From assembly GCF_030028105.1 (NCBI RefSeq), contig NC_092380.1, positions 21,663,144 to 21,727,143 of the forward strand: a stretch of 64,000 nucleotides of DNA, in the 5' to 3' direction. A program made the position numbers and the translations under genes. Source of the DNA: Mobula birostris (taxonomy: Eukaryota). The notes under the pieces are model-generated. The model did no database searches. It was given only the letters and a program-made list of their open reading frames with translations, and was not told where the DNA came from. Each line of letters opens with the position of its first letter. Position 1 is the first letter of the stretch. This document shows, one piece after another, positions 25,287 through 39,200 of this stretch.

Positions 25287-25440
25287 CTTGCCCCGCCGTC
25301 GTTGGCGACCCGTCACCGACGCCGCCCATCTTGCGCACACCTCGTCGAAGGCGGACCTCCTGCTACAGTGCCACACGGCGGCTGGAAGCGTCCCACGCGC
25401 TAACTCCAACTGCAGCGACACCTGCGGCGTGAAGGGGAAA
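25190..25440 (-). promoter_or_regulatory. CpG-rich HCFC1R1 promoter/exon 1 with two YY1-like CAAGATGG sites
   Basis: CpG cluster; CCATCTTG at 25283-25290 and 25326-25333. Confidence 0.65.
25249..25286 (-). CDS. hcfc1r1: HCFC1R1 exon 1 (coding part)
   Basis: aagATGG context; MDGWEEVSVLPG-CC|gtgagg gives the required phase 2. An alternative ATG lies at 25329. Confidence 0.65.
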
Positions 25441-25479
25441 GGGAAGGAGATGGGGTGAGGATTTGATGGGGGAGGGGAC

Positions 25480-25920
25480 GCAATCAGGATCAAGTTCATG
25501 ATCACTGACATAGGTCCCGAAATGTGTTGTCTTGCGGCGGCAGTACAGAACAAAACACAAAAAAATGACTAAGTTACAAAATTAAACGAAAAGTGCAAAA
25601 GAGAAACAGTGATGTGGCGTTCATGGATTCTGGGACCATTCAGAAATCTGATGGCAGAAAGGAAGAAGTTGTTCTTAAAATTATGAGAGTGGGTCTTCAG
25701 GCCTCGCTGATTCCGTCCCAGAAAGTGATGGGTGCCGTCTTGCAGCACATTCTCCTGAAGTTGTTCTCAATGGTTTACACATTGTGTTCGTGATGGAACT
25801 GGCTGCATCGACAACACTCCACAGCCTTTTCCGATCCCGATCGTTCAAGCCTCCATAACAGAGAGTGATGCTTTCCGCTGTACATCTGGGAAAATGTGCC
25901 AGTTTTTGGTGACGTATGAA
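25480..25920 (-). mobile_element. Rex1/Babar-like LINE 3' fragment
   Basis: RCTAESITLCYG..DRKRLWSVV remnant and (TCCTGAT)-type tail. Confidence 0.65.
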
Positions 25921-27119
25921 AGGGGTGAAGAGATATGGGTAGTGGAGGGGACGGGAAGGATGAGAGTAGGCTGGGTAGATGCCAGAAGGGACAAGGAGGA
26001 AGGGGGAGGAGAGGGAAGGAGGGGAGTGGAGAACTGGAGTTCCTGCCCCATGACAGTTACCATTCCCTTCCCGACAGTGGTTCCTCCCACAGGGAAATCT
26101 TCCACTCCCTCCATTCAGCATCACCCCTCTCCTCCCTCCATTCCACTCCCTCTCATTCGCCATCCTGAATGAACGCCCCACCACTCCTCCCATACCCCCT
26201 CTTCCTTGTTATCATTCCCCCTCCCTTATACCCACCACCTCCTTGATGCCTCCTCCCTTCTCCTCTTCTTTGTCCCTAGCTTCTCCCCTACAATCTCTCA
26301 TTTCTTCCTCACTACTTCATCTTTGCCTCCTCCCCCCCCCCATAGTCATAGAAAAGTACAGCACAGAAACAGGTCCTTCAGCCCATCTAGTCCATGCCAA
26401 ACCATTTAAACCGCCCAGGACCATACCCCTGCCAGCCACATACCTATCCAGACTTCTGTTAAGCATTGAAATCGAGCTTGCATGCACCACTTACCCTGGC
26501 AGCCTGATCCACATGCGCACCACCTTCTTAGCGAAGAAGTTTCCCCTCGTGTTTCCCCTTAAACTATTCACCTTTCACCCTTAACCCATGGCCTCTACAT
26601 GACATCCAACATGACTTCAGTGGAAAAAAAACCTGCTTGCATTTACCCTCATAATTTTGCATACCTCTACCAAATCTTCCTTCAATCTTCTACGTTCCAA
26701 GGAATAAAATCCTAACGTATTCAATCTTTCCTTATAACTCAGGTCCTCCTGACCCGGCAACATCCTTGTACATCTTCTCTGCAGTATTTCAATCTTATTT
26801 ACAATTTTCCTGTAAGTAGGTAACCAAAACTGCACAGAATACTCCAAATTAGGCCTCTCCAACGTCTTATACAACTTCAACATAACATCCCATCTCCTGT
26901 ATTCAATACTTTGATTTATGAAGGCCAATGTGCTAAAAGCTTTCTTTCGACCCTATTTACCTTTGACAGCACTTTCAAGACTTATGGACTTGTATTCCCA
27001 GATTCCTTTGTTCTACCACACCCCTCAGTGCCCTACTGTTCACTCTGTAAGACTTGCGCTGGTTAGTCCAACCAAAGTGCAACACCTCACACTCATCTGC
27101 ATTAAATTCCATCTGCCAT

Positions 27120-29262
27120 GCCTTGCCGAGGCACAGCGACAACTCGCGGATACCTCCTCTTATTTACCCCTCGATCGTGACCCCACTAAGGAGCACCAGG
27201 CCATTGTCTCCCACACCATCACCAACTTTATCCGCTCAGGGGATCTCCCATCCACTGCTACCAACCTTATAGTTCCCACACCCCGCACTTCCCGTTTCTA
27301 CCTCCTACCCAAGATCCACAAACCTGCATGTCCTGGCCGACCTATTGTCTCAGCTTGCTCCTGCCCCACCGAACCCATTTCTGCATACCTCGACACTGTT
27401 TTATCACCCCTTGTTCAATCCCTTCCGACCTATGTTCGTGACACTTCTCACGCTCTTAAACTTTTCGATGATTTTAAGTTCCCTGGCCCCCACCGCTTTA
27501 TTTTCACCATGGATGTCCAGTCCTTATATACTTCTATCCCCCATCAGGAAGGTCTCAAAGCTCTACGCTTCTTTTTGGATTCCAGACCGAATCAGTTCCC
27601 CTCTACCACCACTCTGCTCCGTCTAGCGGAATTAGTCCTTACTCTTAATAATTTCTCCTTTGGCTCCTCCCACTTCCTCCAAACTAAAGGTGTAGCTATG
27701 GGCACCCGTATGGGTCCTAGCTATGCCTGCCTTTTTGTTGGGTTTGTGGAACAATCTATGTTCCATGCCTATTCTGGTATCTGTCCCCCACTTTTCCTTC
27801 GCTACACTGACGACTGCATTGGCGCTGCTTCCTGCACGCATGCAGAACTCATTGACTTTTTTAACTTTGCCTCCAACTTTCACCCTGCCCTCAAGTTTAC
27901 CTGGTCCATTTCCGACACCTCCCTCCTCTTTCTAGATCTTTCTGTCTCTGTCTCTGGAGACAGCTTATCCACTGATGTCTACTATAAGCCTACTGACTCT
28001 CACAGCTATCTGGACTATTCCTCTTCTCACCCTGTCTCTTGCAAAAACGCCATCCCCTTCTCACAATTCCTCCGTCTCCGCCGCATCTGCTCTCAGGATG
28101 AGGCTTTTCATTCTAGGACGAGGGAGATGTCTTCCTTTTTTAAAGAAAGGGGCTTCCCTTCCTCCACTATCAACTCTGCTCTTAAACGCATCTCCCCCAT
28201 TTCACGTACATCTGCTCTCACTCCATCCTCCCGCCACCCCACTAGGAATAGGGTTCCCCTGGTCCTCACCTACCACCCCACCAGCCTCCGGGTCCAACAT
28301 ATTATTCTCCGTAACTTCCGCCACCTCCAACGGGATCCCACCACTAAGCACATCTTTCCCTCCCCACCTCTCTCTGCATTCCGCAGGGATCGCTCCCTAC
28401 ACAACTCCCTTGTCCATTCGTCCCCCCCATCCCTCCCCACTGATCTCCCTCCTGGCACTTATCCGTGTTAGCGGAACAAGTGCTACACATGCCCTTACAC
28501 TTCCTCCCTTACCACTATTCAGGGCCCCAAACAGTCCTTCCAGGTGAGGCAACACTTCACCTGTGAGTCGACTGGGGTGATATACTGCGTCCGGTGCTCC
28601 CGATGTGGCCTTTTATATATTGGCAAGACCCGATGCAGACTGGGAGACCGCTTTGCTGACATCTACGCTCTGTCTGCCAGAGAAAGCAGGACCTCCCAGT
28701 GGTCACACATTTTAATTCCACATCCCATTCCCATTCTGACATGTCCATCCACGGCCTCCTCTACTGTAAAGATGAAGCCACTCTCAGGTTGGAGGAACAA
28801 CACCTTATATTCCGTCTGGGTAGCCTCCAACCTGATGGCATGAACATCGACTTCTCTAACTTCCGCTAAGGCCCCACCTCCCCCTCGTACCCCATCTGTT
28901 ACTTTTTTTTTATGCACACATTCTTTCTATCACTCTCCTTTTTCTCCCTCTGTCCCTCTGAATATACCTCTTGCCCATCCTCTGGGTCCCCCCCCACCCC
29001 GGTCTTTCTTCCCGGACCTCCTGTCCCATGATCCTCTCATATCCCCTTTTGCCTTTCACCTGTCCAGCTCTTGGCTCTATTCCCCCCCCTCCTGTCTTCT
29101 CCTATCATTTTGGATCTCCCCCTCCCCTTCCAACTTTCAAATCCCTTACTCACTCTTCCTTCAGTTAGTCCTGACGAAGGGTCTCGGCCTGAAACGTCGA
29201 CTGCACCTCTTCCTACAGATGCTGCCTGGCCTGCTGCGTTCACCAGCAACTTTGATGTGTGT
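27120..29262 (+). mobile_element. Young 5'-truncated Penelope-like retroelement (RT and GIY-YIG endonuclease), inactivated
   Basis: YLLPKIHKP..GRPIVS, MDVQSLYTSIP, QTKGVAMGTRMGPSYACLF, RYTDD, VYYKPTD. In-frame TAG at 28469-28471, then VIYCVRCSRCGLLYIGKT (GIY-YIG); frameshift near 28659. TGCCAT duplicated at 27114-27119 and 29263-29268. Confidence 0.95.
29166..29203 (+). ncRNA. Minimal type I hammerhead ribozyme motif in the PLE 3' UTR
   Basis: TAGTC-CTGACGA-AGG gtctcgg CCT-GAAA-C-GTC^-GACTG: stem I, CUGANGA core, stem II, GAAA, GUC cleavage triplet, palindromic ACGU in place of stem III. Confidence 0.75.
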
Positions 29263-32200
29263 TGCCATCTTTCAGCCCGTTTCTCCAGCTGGTCCAGATC
29301 CCGCTGCAAGTTTTAATAGTCTTCCTCGCTGCCCACTACACCCCCAGTCCTGGTGTCATCTGCAAATTTGTTGATCCAGTGAACCACATTATCATCTAAA
29401 TCGTTGATATAGATGCAGACCCAGCACCGATCCCTGCCGCACTCCTCTGGTCACAGGCCTCCAGTCCGAGAGGTAACCCCTCTGGCTTCTGCACAAACTC
29501 AATGTCTAATCCAATTTACTACCTCGTCTTGAATGCCAAGCTATGGAACCTTCCATGTGGGAGCCTGTCAAATGTGTGGTGAATGTTAATTAGACAATAC
29601 CCACTGCCTCTCAATAATCCACTTTCTTGGTAACTTCCTTGAAAAACTCAAGATTGGTTAGACACAACCTAACACGCACAAAGCCAAACTGACCATCCCA
29701 AATCAGTCCATGTCTATCCAAATACTCATATCCGATCCCTTAGAATACCTTCCAAGAACTTTCCCACTACCGATGTCAGGCTCACTGCCCTATAATTTCC
29801 TGGTTTATTTTTAGAGCCTTTCTTAAACAGCAGAACAACATTAGCTAGCCTATGATCCTCCAGTACCTCATATGTCACGAAAGATGATTTAAATATCTCT
29901 GCTAGGGCCCAGGTGTTTCTGCACTTGCCTCTCACAGGGTCTGAGGGAACACCTTGTCAGGCCCTAGGGATTTAACCACCATAATTTGCCCCAAGACAGC
30001 AAACACCTCGTCCTCTGTAATCTGTATAAGGCCCATGACCTCACTTCTATAGACCCTGTGTCGTCTCCCGAGTAAACACAGATGCAATAAAAATCCATTT
30101 AAGATCTCCCCCATCTCTTTGGCTCTGCACTTAGATCACCATCCTGGAATTCCCAAGGACCAATTTTGTCCCTTGCAGTCCTTTTGCTCTTAACGTATCC
30201 GTAGAGTCCCTCCTTTACCTTCTCAGTAGGGCACCCTCATGCCTTCTTTTAGCCCTCCTGATTTGTTTCTTTAGTGTTCCCTTGCATTTATTATACTCCA
30301 TTAAGCACCTCATTCGTTCCTACCTACCCATATCTGCTCTCCACCTCCTTCTGTTTCTCCACCAGGGCCTCAACATCTCTTGAAATCCAAGGTTCCCTGT
30401 TATCCCTGTTATCTTTAACTTTTATTTTGACATGCACATACAAGCTTTGTACTCTCAAAATTTCCCATTTGCCAGAAAACAGCCTGTCCCAATCCATACC
30501 GCCTGATGCCTGATACCATCAAAATTGGCCTTCCTCCAATTTACAATCTCAACCTGCAGACCAGACCTATCTTTTTGCATATCTACTTTGAAACTAAACG
30601 CAACGTGATCACTAGACGCAAAGTGTTCCCGTACACAAGCCTCTGTCACCTGCCCTAATTAATAGGAGACCTAGTACTGTACCACACTCTCCCTAATTGG
30701 GACTTCTGCATACTGATTAAGGAAACTTTCCTGAACACATTGACAAACTATCCCGTCTAGTCCTTTTACAGCATGGGAGTCCAAGTCAATATGTGGAAAG
30801 TTAAAAATAGCAACTATAATAACCTTATGTTTCTTACAACAGTCTGCAATCTCTACAGATTTCTTTCCCTAAATCCTATGGACTATAATATAGCCCCATT
30901 AATGTGGTTATACCTTTCTTATTCCTCAGTTCCTCATAAAGCCTCACTAGATGACTTCTCCAGTCTCTCCTGACAGGGCACTGTCATGACATTTTCCGAC
31001 TAGAAATGCCACCCCCCTGCTCTGTCGCGTCAAAAACAACTCAACTCCGAGCTGCCAGTCCCGCTCCTCCTGCAACCAAGTGTCACTAATGGCTACAATA
31101 TCATAAATGCATGTGTCGATCCAGGCCCTGAGCTCATCCGCCTTTCCTACAATGCTTCCTGCATTGAAATATACACATCTTGACCTTTGTGCTCAGCCTT
31201 TTAATTCCTGAGGTCTTAACAAAATCCGCCTCCACAAACTCTCCACTATCCGTTCTAGCACTCTGGATCCCATCCTCTGCAACTCCAGTATAAACACCCC
31301 TCTCCCTCCCCACTCCCCACCGTGCAGCGGTAGCAACCCTTCCCAATAGGATGCTAGTCCCCCTCCAGTTCAGGTGCAAAGCATCTCTTCAGCTCTTCTG
31401 TGCAGGTCCCACCTTGCCTGGAAGAGAGCCCAATGATCCAAGAATCGAAAGTCCTCCCTCCTCCTTAGCCACGTGTTAAACTGTATAATCTTCCTATTTC
31501 TGGCCTCATTAGCACATGGCATAGGTAACAATCTTGAGATCATAACTCTGGAGGTCCTGTCCTTTAACTTAGCACCTAACTCTCTCAACTCACTTTGCAG
31601 AACCTCGTCACTCTTTCTACCTCAGTCATTGGTACCTACATGGACACGACCTCTGAGTGTTCACCCTCTTACTTAAGAATGCTGTGGACATGACCTAAGA
31701 CCCGGACTCTGGCAGCCGGGAGGAATCTCATTCTCGTCCACAGAAGCCCCTTTGTTCCCCTAACTAATGAATCCCCTATCACCACAGCTTGCCTCTTCTC
31801 CCCCCTTCCTATCTGAGTCACAGGGTCAGACTCAGTGCCAGGGACCTGACCACTGTGATTTTCCTCCACTAGGTCATTCCCCCTACAACAGTATACAAAG
31901 TGGTACACCTGTTATTGAGGGGGGATGGCCACTCTGCACTGGCTGTTTAACCCCTTTCTCCTTCCTGACAGCCACCCAGTCTTGCGTGTCCTGCACCTTC
32001 GGTTTAACTACCTCTCTCTCCACGTCCTATCTATTATTCCCTCAGCCTCCCAAATGATCTGAAGTTCATTGAGTTCCAACTCTAACTACTTAACACAGAT
32101 TGTTAGAAGCTACAGCTGGACGCACTTCTTGCAGGTAGAGTTGTCAGGAACACTGAAGGTCTTCCTGTCTTCCCGAATCCTGCAAGAGGAGCATTCCACT

Positions 32201-32642
32201 ATCCTGGCTGGCACTCTACTGATCTAACTGTGCAAATACAAAGAAGGAAACAATAAATAAACTGAAAAAAATTCTACGAACAGCTTTTTCACTTCCTCTC
32301 ACGAGCCTTTCTGCATTGACGCTTAGAAGAGCTAAAGCCACAAATAACCACTCTAACACTGTCCACTCCGACAAAGGCCACTTCACTTGCTCCTGCTTTA
32401 TTTTCAATTGCTCTTGCCAATCAATCCTGACTGCAGATTGGCCACTGTTCAAAAACCGAACTGCCGCGAATCCATGCCTTATGTAATTGGCAAACCTGGG
32501 TGAGCTACGTCTTCTCACGCTTCTGATCATCGATTGGTCTCTGTTCATCTCTCCCTCCTCCCCCCGCTGCCGCCATGGTTGTGGGATTGTCCTGATAGTG
32601 ACTGAACTCAGAGACACGACGGTGCTGACAGAAATTGTCACT

Positions 32643-32648
32643 TTTATT
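32643..32648 (-). terminator. Likely THOC6 polyadenylation signal
   Basis: AATAAA on the minus strand ~470 nt after the stop codon. Confidence 0.65.
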
Positions 32649-33120
32649 CCCAGACTGGAGAGCTCAAGCATACAGTTCCGTAGTGCCCTCACCTCGGCAT
32701 CTGGGAGAGGGAGATTCCAGTCTGTGTGGGATCCAGGAAAGGGAGATTCCAGTCTGTGTGGGATCCAGGAAAGGGAGATTCCCACCCCTCAGGATCAGAG
32801 ATTCCCATCCACGGGATTCCCTGAGTGCGAGGCTGTGGATGGAGAACTGGGAGGGGGAGACTCCCGATCCTGAGGACACTCCTCACACTCCTTGAACAAA
32901 GGGGAAATTTGGAGAATGGTCCTAGAAGAGAGGGCATTCCCGCAGCTCTGTTCCCTTGGGAGGGCGATGGGACTGGTTCAGCCGTCCCGCAGGGGAGGGA
33001 GGGGCTGGAGAGGATCTCTGTAGCCCAAGGCAGATCCCGGAGAATGGGCAAGAGAGGGAGGGAGCCAGGATCCGAGCCAGCACACAGCCCCCCGCCCCCC
33101 CCCCCCCCCCCCACCACAGG

Positions 33121-33204
33121 TCAGGAGAACCTCAGCGAGAAGGCACGGTATCCGAAGTTGGTGAAGATGTCGATGGAACTGCTGCTACCAGCAGCAGCCA
33201 GGAC
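33121..33204 (-). CDS. thoc6: THOC6 exon 13
   Basis: [27 protein letters not shown]. Confidence 0.95.
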   Translation of the reverse strand, partial: VLAAAGSSSSIDIFTNFGYRAFSLRFS

Positions 33205-36200
33205 CTGTGGGGGTGAGAGCAAGACACAGTGACAAACTGTCCCCAACTCTCAGCACCCCCAGGACAGAGCTACGTCCCCTACACAGCCCCATCGCCAACC
33301 GGAACACAGCGTCGCAACATTCCCACCCCCCGGGTCACAGTGACTACACGCCCTACACAGCCCCATCCCCTACCGGGACACAGCGTCACAACGTTCCCAC
33401 CCCGGGTCACAGTGACTACACCCCTTACCGCAGCGGTCCCCAACCACCGGGCCGCAAAGCATACGCTACCGGGCCATGAGGAAACGATATGATTTGGCGA
33501 TATGAGTCAGCTGCACCTTTCCTCATTCCCTGTCACGCACTGTTGAGCTTGAACACACGCGAGGTCATTACCCGCGCATCATCCATGTCAGCGTGGGAAG
33601 GAGATCAACTCCTTGAGCTTGCAAATGACGGCGGGCTGAAAAGTATGTTTGACATATCATCTCTGCCGGCACTCCGGATCAAAGTCAAGGCTAAATATCC
33701 TGAGATAGCCACGAAAGCACTGAAAACGTTGCTTCCAACATTTTTCTGTGAAGCGGAGTTTTCTGCAATGAATGCAACGAAAGCTAAACTGCGGAATAGA
33801 CTGGACATAAGGAACCCCCTTCGAGTATCGCTGTCTCCCATCACCCCTCGATGGCACCGTCTTGTTGCAGGGAAACAAGCCCAGGGCTCCCACTGATTCA
33901 GCGATATTGGTGTGTTGCAATGATTTTATATGTTCATACGGGGAAAATATGTGCTGTGTGTTTAATATCCAAACATTACTTAAAATGTTATTATGCTATT
34001 GACTTACTTATATAACCATGTAACAATTACAGCACGGAAACAGGCCATCTCAGCCCTTCTAGTCCGTGCCGAACACTACTCTCACCTCGTCCCACCGACC
34101 CGCACTCAGCCCATAACCTTCCATTCCTTTCCTGTGTATATACCTATCCAATTTTTCTTTAAATGATAATATCCAACCTGCCTCTACCACTTCTACTGGA
34201 AGTTCGTTCAACACTTACTTCAAGCTCCCCTAATAATTGACTTATCACTATATTCATGCGAGGAAAATATGCTTTGTGTGTTTAATATTAAATTCGTTAG
34301 ATATACCCTTTTAGAAACGAAACTGAGTGTATTAGCCACTTATCAGCTATATTCTGGTCGTGATTAACACCCCCCCGCCCCCGACAGAATCACAAAACAA
34401 TTTGCAGGGAAAAATAAATCGGGAGACACACGCATGCGCACTGGTGCCCGCGCAAGGCTTCATGGTCATTGTAGTCTTTCTCTGGGTAAACACAACGTAT
34501 TTGACTGGTACTCTTGTCCGTTGGCAACCCTACCCCCCCCCCCCCCACGTCGACCGGTCCGCAAGAATATTGTCAATATTAAACCGGTCCGCAGTGCAAA
34601 AAAGGTTGGGGACCTCTGCCCTACCGGGACAGTGTCGCAACGTTCCCACCCCCAGGTCACAGTGACTACATCCCCCGCACAGCCCCATCCCCTACCGGGA
34701 CACAGCGTCGCAACATTCCCACCCCGGGTCACAGTGACTACATCCCCTACACAGCCCCATCCCCTACCAGGACACAGCATCACATTGTTCCCACCCCGGG
34801 TCACAGTGACTACATCCCCTACACAGCCCCATCCCCTACCAGGACACAGCATCACATTGTTCCCACCCCCGGGTCACAGTGACTACATCCCCTACACAGC
34901 CCCATCCCCTACTAGGACACAGCATCACATCGTTCCCACCCCCGGGTCACAGTGACTACATCCCCTACACAGCCCCATCCCCTACCAGGACACAGCATCA
35001 CATCGTTCCCACCCCCGGGTCACAGTGACTACATCCCCTACACAGCCCCATCCCCTACCAGGACACAGCATCACATCGTTCCCACCCCCGGGTCACAGTG
35101 ACTACATCCCCTACACAGCCCCATCCCCTACCGGGACACAGCGTCACAACGTTCCCACCCCGGGTCACAGTGACTACATCCCCTACACAGCCCCATCCCC
35201 TACCGGGACACAGCATCGCAACATTCCCACCCCCAGGAGGAGCTACATCCCCTGCATAGCCCCATCTCTCACCGGGACACTGCATCGTAACGTTCCCACC
35301 CCCGGGTCACAGTGACTACACGCCCTACACAGCCCCATCCCCATCCCCTACCGGGACACAGCATCACAACGTTCCCAACCCCGGGTCACAGTGACTACAC
35401 GCCCTACACAGCCCCATCCCTCATCCCTCACCGGGACACAGCGTCGCAACATTCCCACCCCGGGTCACAGTGACACTCTTTCCCCTCTCCCACCCCCAGG
35501 ACCAGGTGACGGGCACACTGTTCCCCCTTCCCCCACAGTCCCGTGGTGACGCTCCCTCACCTTGTGCTCGAGGGACTGCTCATTGACCAGCAGGGAGTAG
35601 ACGGTGGGGGGAGTGCAGGGCACCTGGCTCTTCACCTCCCCGGTGATCTGACAGTGGCTGATGAGGCCTCCTTCCCCCGCTGCCAGGATCTAGAACACAG
35701 GGAGAGTGTCAGTTGTCCTCACGACCTGTTTGACCACCCAGCATCACCTCACTCCCTCCCCTACCTCCAGACCTTCTCATTCCCTCTCAACCCCCCACCT
35801 GACCCTCCTCCCCCACTCCCTTCTCACATCACTCTTGTCTAACTCTATCCTCCTCACTCACTCCCTTCCCTCCTCTCCTTCACTCTATCTTCCCCCACTT
35901 TCTCTTCATTCCACTCCTCTTCCTTCTGCCCACTCACTCGCTTTCTCCCCATCACCTCCCTTCCCCTCACTACCTCCCTCCCCCTCACTCCCTTTCATCA
36001 CCTCCCTTCCCCTCACACTTCCCTCATCACCCTCCCTTCCCCTCACTCCCTTCCCTCATCACCCTCCTTTCCCCTCACTCCCTTTCACCATCACCCTCAC
36101 TCCCTTCCCTCATCACCCTCCCTTTCCTCATCACCCTCCCTTCCCTCATTACCCTCCCTTTCCTTATCACTCTCCCTTCCCCTCACTCCCTTTCCCTCAT

Positions 36201-39200
36201 CACTCTCCCTTCCCCTCACTCCCTTTCCCTCATCACTCTCCCTTCCCCTCACTCCCTTTCCCTCATCACCCTTCCCTCCCCTCAGTCCCTTTCCCTCAGT
36301 CCCCCACCACCGGCCATACCAAGTCCTGGTGCAGGGTGACTTGCTGCTGGCATCCCTGCAGCTGGTACACTGTGGTTGGCGTTACGGAGCGGAGGTGCCA
36401 CAGTGTCAGTGCCGGCCCACCCCCACACACCTGAGAGGGGGACAGACAGTACAATTCGTCCATTAACACACAGATTGCACTGGAACATCTCAGCAGCATC
36501 ACCCAGCCCATCACCTCTTGTTGCCAGCCCTCTTCCCTTCCTCCTCCCCAGCCCCGGCCAATCCCCTACCTCCCTCCCTGGGTAAATCGCCTTCCTCCCC
36601 GCCCCGGCCAATCCCCTACCTCCCTCCCCATCCCTACCTCCCTCCTTGGGTAAATCGCCTTCCTTCCCGCCCCGGCCAATCCCCTACATCCCTCCCCATC
36701 CCTCCCTCCCTCCCTCCCTGGGCAGACCCCCCCTCCTCCCCGCCTCGGCCCATCCCCTACCTCCCTCCCTCCCTGGGCAGATCCCCCTCCTCCCCGGCCC
36801 TGGCTCATCCTCCCCCCACGGTGAGAGGTGACGCAGGAGATCACTCACCATCCAGTCGGAGTCGGTGGTGGTCAGGCAGCCGATCCATTTGCCATACTGG
36901 GGTCTGGAGCACTGCTGGGAGACGGGGACAGGCCCTGTTACTGCCGTCTCACTGCAGGATGGTGGGGTGGGGTTGTGGGGGGAGTGAGGAAAGGGTGAGG
37001 GGAGGGAATGATGGAGGGATGGAACAATAGAGGGAAGGAGGAGGGGATGGGTGAGGGGAGGAATAAAGGAGAGAGTTGAGAGGAGGAGGGAGGAGGGAAA
37101 CATTAAAAAAATGGATGAGAGGAAGTTATGGGAGGGGAGTGTCAAGGGACTTCCTCCTTAGGGTCCACCTACCTCGTACTTGTGAGGCTCGATCATCTGC
37201 ACCTGGCTGGCAATCCGTAAATCTGCAGGGCGGTAGGAGAGAGGAGGCTGGGTCGGGGTAGAGAGTGGGCCCCATTCCATTCATTCCTACCACCCACACT
37301 CCCAAAGGGAACCCTCCACTTCCCATTCATTCCCACCACCTACACTCCCAATGGGACCCACCCCTTCCCATTCACTCCACCTTCCACACTCCCATTTGGA
37401 CCCACCCCTTCCCATTCACTCCCAATGGGACCCACCCCTTCTTATTCACTCCCAGATTTCCAAGTGTTCTCTCTGTCTGCAAGTGAGCATGCAGAAGCCA
37501 TTGAACCAAGCCCGCCTCTACCTCCCCCCACCACCCCACACTGGGGACCCACTCACCCCAAAGTCTCACTGAACCATCCTCGCTGCCGGAGATGCACTCG
37601 TTGGGGTCTCTCAGGGTCAGGCAGTGTACGTAGTCGCTGTGTCCCTTCAGTGTGCGCTGCGGGGAGATGGAGAACTGGTCAGGGCACTAAGAAGGTCACA
37701 TACACTGAAGCCCGAAAGGCAGCTTCAAATGGGGGTACAAATTGGGACTAGTTCTAGTCTGTTAATGCCATGACCAGTGAGAAGCAGCAAGTAATTGACA
37801 CGATGGGACAGATGGGTTGAAGTGTGTGTATTTTAACCCTAGGAGTGTTTTGGATAAAAGTGATGAACTCAGAGCCTAGATCAGTACATTAGAAATCAGA
37901 ACAGGAGTCAGTCATCTGGCCTACCAAGCCTGCTCCACCATTCAGTAAGATCACGGCTGATCTGGCTGTGGACTCGACTTCACCTACCTGCCTTTCCCCA
38001 CAACCCTTAGTTCCCCTGCTACGCAAAAATCTATCTAACTGTGTCTTAAGTATATTTAATGAGGCAGCTTCTACTGCCTCCCTGTAGAGAATTCCATAGG
38101 TTCACTACTCTTTAGGAAAAGCAGTTCATTCTCTTCTCCGTCATAAATCTATTCCCCTGAAGCGTGATGCTCTGTCCCCTATTTCTAGTCTCACCTGCCA
38201 GTGGAAACAACTTTCCTGCCTCTATCTTGTCTATCTCTTTCATAATTTTATGTTTCTATGAGATCCCCTCTCATTCTGAATTCCAGAGAGTATAATCCCA
38301 GATAACTCAATCTCTCTTCAGGTTAATCCCCTCATCTCCAAAATCAACCCGGTGAACCTCCTCTGCACTGCCAGTACATTTTTCCTCAAGTAAGGAGACA
38401 AGAAACTGCACACAGTACTCCGGGCGCGGCCTCACCAGTACCCTGTACGGTCGCAACATAACCTCCCTGATCTTAAGTTGAATCCCTCAAGCAATGAAGA
38501 CCAACGTTGCATTGGCTTTCTTGATAACCTGTTGCACCAGCAAACCAAAATTTTGTGATTCATGCACAGGCACTCCCAAGTCCCTCCGCACAACAGCATG
38601 CTGCAGTCTTTCTTGTTTTTTAATTTTATTTTTATTTGGATAAGGAATTCACAAATATCATGTACTTTTTTCACACATATAACCTTTTCCATTTGTTTAT
38701 ATGTATAAAACTACAATTATTTATACATTCTTAAGTACACATTGAGATGATATAAAAGGAAAATAAACATTTAAATAGATAATTATGTACTGTGGTAAAT
38801 CTAACCTATTAGGCTAAGTAATGGAATTAGTTGTTAAGAAAAATGGTAATAATAGTTTCCATATAACCCTTCTGGACCATTTCCACTGGTCCAAAATGTT
38901 GTATATAAGCCTATGTATCAACCATTGTAGGTGTTTATATCCTAATTTGTTCATGCTTGCTCCTGCCCGCAGACATAATTATCCAATCCCTATGTACTTA
39001 TTTACTTAATTTTTTCATTTTTTTATCCCTTTCCCAAATCTTTCCCTTTACTTGTGTTAATTCTCTATTTTCCAAAAGAAAACAAAAAAAACAAACATTT
39101 AGACTAGGGGTGCTTACGTTAGCAATATTACTGAGTTGATGAGAAGAGCGGTATAAATCATTAGGAGAGTCATCTAAAGTCTGCTCGCATTGGGGTTATA

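Larger units (their letters stand above)
26343..32460 (-). mobile_element. Near full-length degenerate CR1/HER1 LINE, interrupted by a Penelope-like element
   Basis: ORF1 SGNH-esterase remnants (VVIGDSLVRGT, RELGAKLKDRTSRVMIS, FRFLDHW); EN (SDH, NWRKANF); RT (KPGNYRAVSLTSVVGK, LYKTLERPNLEYSVQFW); 3' tail at 26343. Confidence 0.9.

Noticed and set aside
26918-27119. N-terminus of the 517-aa ORF as a real PLE start
   Set aside because: It is antisense CR1 sequence upstream of the insertion junction.
33489-33896. Domesticated ZBED/SCAND3-like gene
   Set aside because: Only a C-terminal remnant within TIRs and TSD; no catalytic core.
35706-37145. Proline-rich ORFs
   Set aside because: Low-complexity pyrimidine tracts in THOC6 introns.
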